Shown here in pieces: positions 55,611 to 63,514 of a stretch of DNA of 64,000 nt (positions are counted from its first letter, which is position 1; every line of letters starts with the position of its first letter). A program made the position numbers and the translations under genes. The notes beneath the pieces are model-generated. The model had not been told where the DNA came from, made no database searches, and saw only the letters and a list, made by a program, of their open reading frames with translations. Source of the stretch: a virus (Duplodnaviria; Caudoviricetes). The stretch is taken from IMG/VR virus record IMGVR_UViG_3300035182_001315; one strand, written 5' to 3'.

Positions 55611-57295
55611 AAAAAAGAGTTTTAATATTGGGTGGTGGTGGCTTTATCGGCGGACACTTAGCGAAGAAACTAAAGTCTGAGGGTTGCTGGGTACGTGTTG
55701 TGGATATCAAGAAACATGAGTACTTTAAGGAAGAAGATTTCTGTCATGAATTCATTCTCGGAGACCTCAGAAATCCTTTAACCGTTTCAAAGGCAATGTT
55801 CTCCCCATCTCAATCATCACCAAATGATGCTGTTGGTAGCTTCGATGAAGTTTACCAGCTTGCGGCAGACATGGGCGGTGCCGGTTATATTTTTACTGGT
55901 GACCATGATGCAGACGTTATGCACAACTCAGCTCTTATCAACCTAAACGTTGCTCATTACGCTGAGAAGCACAAGGTGAAGAAGATATTTTACTCTTCAT
56001 CAGCATGCATGTATCCTGAACACAACCAGCTTGACCCTTTGAATCCAAACTGTGAAGAATCTTCTGCATACCCTGCAAATCCAGATTCTGAATATGGTTG
56101 GGAAAAGTTATTCAGCGAAAGACTCTACGGAGCATTCAGCCGTAACTATGGAATGGATGTACGTATTGCAAGGTTCCACAACATCTTCGGTCCTTATGGA
56201 ACATGGAAGGGTGGAAAGGAAAAAGCACCGGCAGCTATGTGCAGAAAGGCCGCTGAAACTGAGGCTGGCAGCAGCATTGAGGTTTGGGGTGACGGTCAAC
56301 AGACTCGTTCATTCTTATACATTGATGATTGTCTTAAGGCAATTGAGAAGTTCATGGAATCTAATTTCCAAGGGCCGGTGAATATCGGTTCTGAAGAAAT
56401 GGTAACAATCAACGAATTGGCTCAAATGGCTATTGATTTATCAGGAAAAGACATTAAGATTGATAATATTAAGGGTGTTGAATTCTTGTTGAAATACGGA
56501 TTCAATTGTCCTACAGGTGTTAGAGGAAGAAATTCTGATAACAAACTGTTCGAAGAAAAAATGAAGTGGAAGGTTAATCAGCCGTTGAAGGATGGCATGG
56601 CCAAGACCTTTAATTGGATAAAGAACCAGTTATACATGGATAAATTTTGCGTAGTAGTACAAGGCCCCAGCACCCAAGTGGATGAAATCAGGACAGCGTT
56701 CGGTGAGGCCGGTATTCATGTTATCTTTTCTACATGGGAAGGACAGAGGGATAAATATTCTGATAGCGATATCGTGGTGTTTAACGAATATCCAACTGAT
56801 GCTGGAATAGGGAATATCAACTATCAGAAGATTACAACTCTCAATGGTTTGATGAAAGCGAAACAGCTGGGGTTTGACTACGCATTAAAATTCAGAAGTG
56901 ACCAAATTCCGACGAATCCAAAAGAATTCGTTAAGTCTTTTTTTAATGACAGGCTTAACTTCTTTGCTTGGCACTTCACACCGGATTTGGCAATCAAGGG
57001 TTACATGGTTGATTATTTTATGTCTGGGCCGATTGACCAACTCATTGATATCTGGACGTTCGAATCAATCAGGTACAGCATTCCAGAGGCGATGATAACC
57101 AATGGAATTCTGAAGAATTTTGAGAAGTTCAATTTCCTTGTAAATGTTTTGGATGAGGACAACGATGTGTACTGGGACAAATATAAGATTAAACTTAGTA
57201 ACTTCAAGAACATCAAAACAACAACTTGGTTCGGTGAAATCGACCTGAGAATTGAGCCGGTTGTTCATGAAGCATATAAAACAGTTTTCGAATGA
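55607..57295 (+). CDS. GDP-mannose 3,5-epimerase-like SDR fused in frame to a WavE-like domain
   Basis: GGGGFIG, SSACMYP, YGWEK, RFHNIFGP, EKAPAAMCRK, VRGRNSDN (aa 1-342); then M344-DKFCVVVQGP...IFSTW...KFRSD (WavE-like). Confidence 0.85.
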   Translation: MKKRVLILGGGGFIGGHLAKKLKSEGCWVRVVDIKKHEYFKEEDFCHEFILGDLRNPLTVSKAMFSPSQSSPNDAVGSFDEVYQLAADMGGAGYIFTGDHDADVMHNSALINLNVAHYAEKHKVKKIFYSSSACMYPEHNQLDPLNPNCEESSAYPANPDSEYGWEKLFSERLYGAFSRNYGMDVRIARFHNIFGPYGTWKGGKEKAPAAMCRKAAETEAGSSIEVWGDGQQTRSFLYIDDCLKAIEKFMESNFQGPVNIGSEEMVTINELAQMAIDLSGKDIKIDNIKGVEFLLKYGFNCPTGVRGRNSDNKLFEEKMKWKVNQPLKDGMAKTFNWIKNQLYMDKFCVVVQGPSTQVDEIRTAFGEAGIHVIFSTWEGQRDKYSDSDIVVFNEYPTDAGIGNINYQKITTLNGLMKAKQLGFDYALKFRSDQIPTNPKEFVKSFFNDRLNFFAWHFTPDLAIKGYMVDYFMSGPIDQLIDIWTFESIRYSIPEAMITNGILKNFEKFNFLVNVLDEDNDVYWDKYKIKLSNFKNIKTTTWFGEIDLRIEPVVHEAYKTVFE

Positions 57296-58017
57296 ATGTA
57301 TTAATACCAATGGCTGGGCTGGGTTCTCGTTTTCCAGTAAGTGAATACAAGGTACCGAAGCCAATGATACCGATAAAGAATTTTGGTCTACCAATGATTG
57401 AGGTGGCTATCAAAACTCTTGATGTTTCTGGTAAATATATTTTTATTGTAAACAGTGCTCAACCAGAATATTTTGAAGTTGTGAAGACTCTTTGGAAAGC
57501 GGCTAATAATCCAATAATCATCAATGTTGATTATTTAACAGAAGGCCCAGCTTCAACTTGTTTATTGGCAACTCAATTTATTAACAACGATGAACCGTTG
57601 GTTATTGCTAACTGCGACCAAATTATGGAATGGTCAGGACAGTCTTTTTTGGAATACTGTAACCAATCAGATTCAGATGGTATCGTTGTAACGTATGATG
57701 TACAGACAACAAAAAACAGTTATGTGAAACTGGATGAGCGTGGATGGGCAACTGAATTTGCTGAAAAGAAAATCATCAGTAATCACTCCCTTAATGGTAT
57801 TCATTACTGGAAGAAGGGGTCTGATTTCGTTGAGTCAGCAATGAAAATGATTGACAAAGACATCAGGGTGAACAATGAATTTTATATTTCCCAGACGTAC
57901 AATGAACTTGTACAGGAAGGAAAGAAAATAACAATTTATGAAATAGACAAGTTTCAGCACTGGGCCGTAGGAACACCTGAAGACTTGGATAAATACAATG
58001 AACATGCGAATTTATAA
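57292..58017 (+). CDS. Sugar-phosphate nucleotidyltransferase (NTP_transferase family)
   Basis: LIPMAGLGSRF, PKPMI, TEGPA, IANCDQ, FAEKK, NNEFYIS, VGTPEDL. Confidence 0.85.
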   Translation: MNVLIPMAGLGSRFPVSEYKVPKPMIPIKNFGLPMIEVAIKTLDVSGKYIFIVNSAQPEYFEVVKTLWKAANNPIIINVDYLTEGPASTCLLATQFINNDEPLVIANCDQIMEWSGQSFLEYCNQSDSDGIVVTYDVQTTKNSYVKLDERGWATEFAEKKIISNHSLNGIHYWKKGSDFVESAMKMIDKDIRVNNEFYISQTYNELVQEGKKITIYEIDKFQHWAVGTPEDLDKYNEHANL

Positions 58018-58327
58018 TTTACGTGATATGGTGGGTGGTTGGTTTGTAGGTAACTTCGAACCGGCAGCATTACAAACAGATACTTTCGAGGTTTGTTATA
58101 AGCATCATAAAGAAGGTGAAGTATGGGACACACATTACCATAAGGAAGCCATTGAAGTTAATTTATTGGTTAAGGGTACGATGTTCATTAACGATATGAA
58201 GATAGTAGCTGGTGAAATCTTTGTTATTCCACCTTATTATGTTTCAGCACCAGTATTTGCAAGTGATTGTGAGCTGGTCGTAATTAAAACACCTTCAATT
58301 AAGGGTGACAAATATGTAGTAAAATAA
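57998..58327 (+). CDS. Cupin-domain protein
   Basis: GGWFVGNFEP, HYHKEAIEVN (cupin motif 1), GEIFVIPP (motif 2), VVIKTPS. Confidence 0.8.
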   Translation: MNMRIYNLRDMVGGWFVGNFEPAALQTDTFEVCYKHHKEGEVWDTHYHKEAIEVNLLVKGTMFINDMKIVAGEIFVIPPYYVSAPVFASDCELVVIKTPSIKGDKYVVK

Positions 58328-58332
58328 ACGAT

Positions 58333-59514
58333 ATGATATTTAAAGAAAAATTAAACGAACAGGATTACATTATAGTGAAGTACTATCTTGAATCAGAAAC
58401 CAACCTCAGAGATGCGGCTTGGAATTTGGCGATTGGCCAAAGCGTAGGTAACCCTAATGTAAGAAACAAATGGGAAAGCGATGAGTTATTCGAAAAATAT
58501 TCCGCAATGGTGGAAGGTGACGAGGAATCTTTAAAAGGTGTGAAGGGAGGGATAGTGAAGATTGGATTCCCCAAAATCAATTTGGATTGGGCTACTGACG
58601 GTGTTTCTCAATTGCTTTGCTTCATTATGGGTGGCCAGATGGACATCGACAACGTAACCAAGTGTCACGTGTTGGATATCGACTTCCCAGAATCAATCTC
58701 TTCAACATTCCTTAAGCCAAAGTTTGGCCTTACAGGATTCAGAGATTTCAGCAACACACATGGCAAGCCTTTCTTTGGTGCTATCGTAAAACCAAAGACT
58801 GGCATTTCAAGTGATGTACTTTTGGAGATGGTAAAGGAAATGGTTGATGGTGGTGTAAACTTCATCAAGGAAGACGAAATTCTTTCTAACCCAGCATTCT
58901 GTACGATTGAAGAAAGAGTTCCGAAAATCATGGAATACGTTAAAGGTAAGGGTGTGATATACTCTGTGTGTATCAACTCAGACCCTGCATATATATTGGA
59001 CCGTGTAAAGCGTGTTCACGAGCTGGGTGGAAACTCAGTTCACGTTAATTTTTGGTCTGGCCTTGGCGTATATAAGTCAATCCGTGAATTGGACCTTCCG
59101 ATTTTTATTCACTTCCAGAAATCTGGTGACAAGACCCTGACTGCAAAGTCTCACGATTATCATATCGAATGGTATGTAATCTGTAAGCTGGCCGCAGCCA
59201 TGGGTGTGGATTCGATTCATGCTGGCATGTATGGTGGTTATTTGAATGATGAGAAAGAAGAACTTCTTCACAACTTGGGGGTATTGAGAAGTGCGAATGT
59301 TATCCCAGCCTTGAGTTGTGGCATGCATGCCGGTTTGATTGACTACGTTACTGATAACGTGGGTATCGATTACATGGCGAACGTTGGTGGGGCTATTCAT
59401 GGTCATCCAGATTCAACCGGAGCCGGTTGTAGAGCAATAAGACAAGCCATAGACAAAACCTATGGTGAAGAATACTACAAGGCAATTGCCAAGTGGGGTA
59501 AAAAAACTGACTAA
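58333..59514 (+). CDS. RuBisCO-like protein (form IV RLP)
   Basis: K153-P-K155 (K175/K177), FIK179-E-D181-E182 (K201/D203/E204), H260 (H294), H296 (H327), S328-C-G, G352-G353. E60, R295 and K334 equivalents are replaced (G35, F261, Y303). Confidence 0.92.
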   Translation: MIFKEKLNEQDYIIVKYYLESETNLRDAAWNLAIGQSVGNPNVRNKWESDELFEKYSAMVEGDEESLKGVKGGIVKIGFPKINLDWATDGVSQLLCFIMGGQMDIDNVTKCHVLDIDFPESISSTFLKPKFGLTGFRDFSNTHGKPFFGAIVKPKTGISSDVLLEMVKEMVDGGVNFIKEDEILSNPAFCTIEERVPKIMEYVKGKGVIYSVCINSDPAYILDRVKRVHELGGNSVHVNFWSGLGVYKSIRELDLPIFIHFQKSGDKTLTAKSHDYHIEWYVICKLAAAMGVDSIHAGMYGGYLNDEKEELLHNLGVLRSANVIPALSCGMHAGLIDYVTDNVGIDYMANVGGAIHGHPDSTGAGCRAIRQAIDKTYGEEYYKAIAKWGKKTD

Positions 59515-60152
59515 TGATTATAAGTAATTTCGTAAACCATATCCTTGGTCAGAACAAGGATTATTCACCAAAGGTAATCTTGGACATCGGTTCAAGAGAC
59601 CTTGGCCAGAGCATTGAGCTGGGCTCCGTGTTCCCGAATGCCAAGATTTATGCCTTCGAACCAAACCCAGAACAGTTTAAGATTTGTGCTGAGTTAGCTA
59701 AGAATTATCCAAATATCACCGCAATTCCCAAGGCTGTAAGCAACATCACCGGCACCTTGGATTTTTATGTAACTCATGGTAACGTGGGCGCATCATCAAC
59801 GCTGGAACCTCTTGACGTTCCGTTCGGTACAAGCAGGGACTTTACAAAGATTACTGTTGAATCAATCATCCTTTATGATTGGTTAAACGCTGAAGGAATT
59901 GACCAAGTTGACGTTATGTGGATGGACGCTCAGGGTATCGAATTGTCTGTATTGAAAAGTCTTGGTGAAAAATTGGAAAAAGTTAAGTATCTTCACTGTG
60001 AAGCGGCAGAAATTGGGTATTACAAGGGACATCAGTTGAAGGCTGAGCTTGATGAATACTTGGTTTCAATGGGTTTTGACCTTTTATTTAAAAACGAAGC
60101 ATACCATCCTTACAAAGAGGGAGATATTATTGCTACAAACAGAAACATATGA
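59514..60152 (+). CDS. FkbM-family methyltransferase
   Basis: ILDIGSRD, YAFEP, GASS, DVMWMDAQGIELSVLKS. Confidence 0.85.
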   Translation: MIISNFVNHILGQNKDYSPKVILDIGSRDLGQSIELGSVFPNAKIYAFEPNPEQFKICAELAKNYPNITAIPKAVSNITGTLDFYVTHGNVGASSTLEPLDVPFGTSRDFTKITVESIILYDWLNAEGIDQVDVMWMDAQGIELSVLKSLGEKLEKVKYLHCEAAEIGYYKGHQLKAELDEYLVSMGFDLLFKNEAYHPYKEGDIIATNRNI

Positions 60153-60712
60153 TACTTATAAGCCACAGGGGGAACATTGACGGCATCAATCCAAAATTGG
60201 AGAATGACCCGATGTATATCAAGATGGCCCTGACCATGGGTTATCATGTTGAAATTGACGTTTGGTATTCAAACGAACAATGGTACCTTGGCCATGACCT
60301 ACCAACGTTTCCAATTGATGAATCATTTCTTGAGAATGATAAGCTTTGGTGCCATTCGAAGAATCATTACGCAATGGAGAAGATGTTACATAACCATTTG
60401 ATTCATTGTTTCTGGCATGAGAATGACCAGCTGACCCTCACTTCAAAAAGATTTGTGTGGACATATATGGGTAAGAATCAAATAGCAAATTCAATTGCTG
60501 TTCTCCCTGAGAAATTTCCATTCAGAGAGATTTCACCAAACGTTGTTGGTATATGCAGCGATAATATTAAAAATTATAAAGGTAATGATATTACTCACTT
60601 ACGGAACCCGTCCAGAATATATAAAGGTTCATCCAATAATGGTGGAGATGACCAGAAGGCAAATGAAATTCAAGACTCTTTTCACAGGCCAACACAAGGA
60701 CCTGCTATCTGA
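60149..60712 (+). CDS. GDPD/PI-PLC-like phosphodiesterase-fold protein (C-terminus extended over the next gene)
   Basis: ISHRGN, VEIDVW, LGHD, WCHSKN, FWHEND, GICSD. Confidence 0.7.
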   Translation: MILISHRGNIDGINPKLENDPMYIKMALTMGYHVEIDVWYSNEQWYLGHDLPTFPIDESFLENDKLWCHSKNHYAMEKMLHNHLIHCFWHENDQLTLTSKRFVWTYMGKNQIANSIAVLPEKFPFREISPNVVGICSDNIKNYKGNDITHLRNPSRIYKGSSNNGGDDQKANEIQDSFHRPTQGPAI

Positions 60713-61622
60713 TAATGAAGCTGATTACAATCACCCATTTGAAAACTTCCCCGGTAACCGTTTAGATTCGGTATTGAAGAATTGCTTGAGCCTGAACGAT
60801 AGATACTTTGATGGTATCACCCATGTATTGGTACAAGGTGATACAACGTCTGTATTGGGATTGGCTATAACAGCAATGCACAGAGGATTAAAGATTATTC
60901 ATCTTGAAGCTGGGCTAAGAACTTATGATAAACAGAATCCATTCCCAGAGGAAAACAATCGTAGACTTATTTCAGCAATCGCTGATATTCATTTATGTCC
61001 AACAATACAGAGTCAATCAAATTTAATTCGAGAAGGTATTGATGAGAATGATACATACCTTGTTGGTAACACCGGCTTAGATGAAATCTTAAAAAAAATA
61101 ATTCCTCTCCGTGATACAAGTGAACCAAAAGAAATATTAATAACTCTTCATAGACGAGAAAATCACGAGAAGATGGATGAGTGGTTTACCGCAATTAATG
61201 ATTTAGCCAAGGACTATCCACAATATAATTTTGTTGTCCCTTTGCATCCAAACCCAATGGTACAAAAGCATAAAGATTTATTAACAGATGTTGTTATCGT
61301 TGAGCCAATGTCTCATTTTCAATTGTTAAATTTCATCTCAAGAAGTAGATTGGTAATAACCGATTCGGGCGGTATTCAAGAAGAATGTTCGTTCTTGAGA
61401 AAGAAAGTGCTGGTTTGTCGTAAGATAACCGAAAGGCCAGAATCGCTGGGGTTAACGTCATGGCCGGTTATGACTCCAAACGATTTGAAGAATCTGTTTA
61501 GGAAACACAGTAGTTCCTATTTTGTTCCGCCAGATACATATTGTCCATACGGGGACGGGCATGCCTCAGAAAAAATCTGTGATATATTTCAGGGTTGGTG
61601 TAACTTCGAAAAAGGTCTTTGA
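60585..61622 (+). CDS. wecB: UDP-N-acetylglucosamine 2-epimerase (non-hydrolysing)
   Basis: GTRPE, VQGDT, HLEAGLR, PEENNR, TLHRREN, DSGGIQEE, YGDG. True start MILLTYG at 60585. Confidence 0.92.
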   Translation: MILLTYGTRPEYIKVHPIMVEMTRRQMKFKTLFTGQHKDLLSDNEADYNHPFENFPGNRLDSVLKNCLSLNDRYFDGITHVLVQGDTTSVLGLAITAMHRGLKIIHLEAGLRTYDKQNPFPEENNRRLISAIADIHLCPTIQSQSNLIREGIDENDTYLVGNTGLDEILKKIIPLRDTSEPKEILITLHRRENHEKMDEWFTAINDLAKDYPQYNFVVPLHPNPMVQKHKDLLTDVVIVEPMSHFQLLNFISRSRLVITDSGGIQEECSFLRKKVLVCRKITERPESLGLTSWPVMTPNDLKNLFRKHSSSYFVPPDTYCPYGDGHASEKICDIFQGWCNFEKGL

Positions 61623-61642
61623 TATTTATTTAAAAAGACTGC

Positions 61643-62479
61643 ATGATTAAAAAAGCGTCCGAAAAGAAACCAAGAGGTAGGAAATCCCTTTCCGCCTCGT
61701 CCGAGACCGTTACAGAAATCAAAAACAAAGCAACCTTACCAGAACTAATCAAATTCGCCCAGCCCTTCAAGTGCAAGACTAAAAACCAGAAGATATTGGC
61801 CCAACTCATTGCTGAGAAGGAAATTATCATCGCTTCTGGAGCTGCCGGTGTGGGTAAAACCTACGTAGCAATCGCTATTGCGCTAGAACTGATTAAGTCC
61901 ACAAACACACCCTTTAACAAAATTATCATATCCAAGCCAGCCGTGGAATCCGAAGAGGAACATGGCTTTTTGCCGGGAGACCAAAGAGAGAAGATGGAAC
62001 CATTCGTGGCATCCATTCTTGATATCATTGACAAGCTTATCGGCAAGGGCAGCAGGTTGGCCTTGGAAGAGGCTGGATACCTCGAAATCATGGCTCTGGC
62101 CTACGTTAGAGGTAAATCCATCGATAACGCCATTTTCATACTTGATGAGGCGCAGAACACATCCCCAAGCCAAATGAAGACGGTTCTAACCCGTATTGGC
62201 TATAACTCCAAGTTTGTAATCACTGGTGACCTTGACCAATCAGATAGGTACCGTCATATCCATGAGAGTGGATTGTATGATGCTATCAAAAAACACAAAA
62301 ATATCCCAGAAATCGGATTTATTGAGTTTGATTTGGAGGATATCGTGAGAAACAAATTGATTAGCAAGATTTTGGAGAACTACAAACAGCCGGAATTTGT
62401 TCAAAAACCAAAGGTTGTTTTGGTTAAACCAGAGAAAAAATTGCCTTGGTGGAAGAAATTTCTTAATTGGCTTCATTAA
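61643..62479 (+). CDS. phoH: PhoH-family ATPase
   Basis: GAAGVGKT, RGKSIDNAIFILDEAQN, GDLDQSD, DIVRNKLI. Confidence 0.93.
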   Translation: MIKKASEKKPRGRKSLSASSETVTEIKNKATLPELIKFAQPFKCKTKNQKILAQLIAEKEIIIASGAAGVGKTYVAIAIALELIKSTNTPFNKIIISKPAVESEEEHGFLPGDQREKMEPFVASILDIIDKLIGKGSRLALEEAGYLEIMALAYVRGKSIDNAIFILDEAQNTSPSQMKTVLTRIGYNSKFVITGDLDQSDRYRHIHESGLYDAIKKHKNIPEIGFIEFDLEDIVRNKLISKILENYKQPEFVQKPKVVLVKPEKKLPWWKKFLNWLH

Positions 62480-62540
62480 TTCGGTAAATAACTGAATAGA
62501 AGTACTTTACTTTATCACCAAAAGGAATTATTTTAATTCC

Positions 62541-63143
62541 ATGAGGATAGGTATATCAATTAATGAAGTTTTAAGAAACTTTTTGGGGCAGTTAATCTAC
62601 ACTTACGAAAAGTATATTGGCGAACTCGACATCAATACGTCAGATGTAACGGACTTTGACCTTATAAAGTCATTCCCTTTCGTTACTGAAGCTGAGATGA
62701 AGAGATTCCTTTACGCTGGAGAAGGCTCATTGGAAGTCTTCGGCCACGCTGATGAGATGACAGATGGTCTTATGGGTCACTTCAATCGTTTTGTTTTGGA
62801 TCTGAAGGACGATGGTCATTACGTTGAGCTTACCGGCAAGGAAGCCAACAAAAGCATTCAATCTACTTTTTTCTACTTATCAAAAACAGGTTGCAGAATC
62901 AGCGACATTCGCTTTGTTACAGACAGTACCAAGGAATGGGACGGCCTCGACCTTTTGATTACTGCGAACCCAGACGCACTTAAAAACAAACCCAGCGGCA
63001 AAATCAGCATCAAGATAAACGCACCGTATAACACCGATGCTCCGGCTGATTACGCCTTCGACTCAATCGTTGATTTCATAAAAGATTTCAATCTACGTGA
63101 TGTCGTATTAAATACCAAAATAACAACTTACGAAGAAATTTAA
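62541..63143 (+). CDS. HAD-fold 5'(3')-deoxynucleotidase-like protein, catalytic Asp motif degenerate
   Basis: MRIGISINEVLRNF in place of DxDxV; K..W..LDLLI..NP and IKINAPYN resemble the NT5C pattern. Confidence 0.5.
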   Translation: MRIGISINEVLRNFLGQLIYTYEKYIGELDINTSDVTDFDLIKSFPFVTEAEMKRFLYAGEGSLEVFGHADEMTDGLMGHFNRFVLDLKDDGHYVELTGKEANKSIQSTFFYLSKTGCRISDIRFVTDSTKEWDGLDLLITANPDALKNKPSGKISIKINAPYNTDAPADYAFDSIVDFIKDFNLRDVVLNTKITTYEEI

Positions 63144-63147
63144 AACT

Positions 63148-63498
63148 ATGATAGAATTCGGTGACAGCCAGTATTACATCGACCTTGACACCTTGGATAA
63201 ATTGATTACATTAAAAGGTAGCAAGGTTGACGAAGTTACAGTCAAAACAATCACGAACCAAACAACTGGTGTTATAACTGTAGAGAAAGAAGAATTTACA
63301 AGGAAGTCAGAAGAAGGAAAGACCATCGACATGGCCAAGTATGACATGTTAAAATATTTCATTGAACTCTTGGTTGAGGATGAAAGCGTCGATGATGATT
63401 CACTGGGTTCTGAGAGAGCACTAAACAAAGCTTCATTAGCTTATAAGATAGTATTTAACACCCTCTTAAAAGAAAACGTTCTTAAAGAGGCAGAATAA
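63148..63498 (+). CDS. Hypothetical protein
   Basis: 116-aa ORF coupled to its neighbours. Confidence 0.6.
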   Translation: MIEFGDSQYYIDLDTLDKLITLKGSKVDEVTVKTITNQTTGVITVEKEEFTRKSEEGKTIDMAKYDMLKYFIELLVEDESVDDDSLGSERALNKASLAYKIVFNTLLKENVLKEAE

Positions 63499-63514
63499 AA
63501 AACAAAACACCAAT

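Noticed and set aside
58333-59514. CO2-fixing RuBisCO auxiliary metabolic gene
   Set aside because: The E60, R295 and K334 equivalents are replaced, and there is no small subunit or phosphoribulokinase nearby, so it is a form IV RLP.
11397-61622. Longest-ORF starts at 11449, 11735, 15982, 29179, 34328, 41031 and 60495
   Set aside because: They overlap upstream genes, terminators or promoter motifs; starts were moved to 11395, 11570, 15955, 29140, 34253, 41049 and 60585.
43541-61622. Bacterial O-antigen/capsule locus (host DNA or chimera)
   Set aside because: No wzx/wzy/ABC exporter; it is interleaved with phage-type dUTPase, PhoH and hypotheticals and shares the phage ATATTTAT motif. Read-level continuity was not checked.
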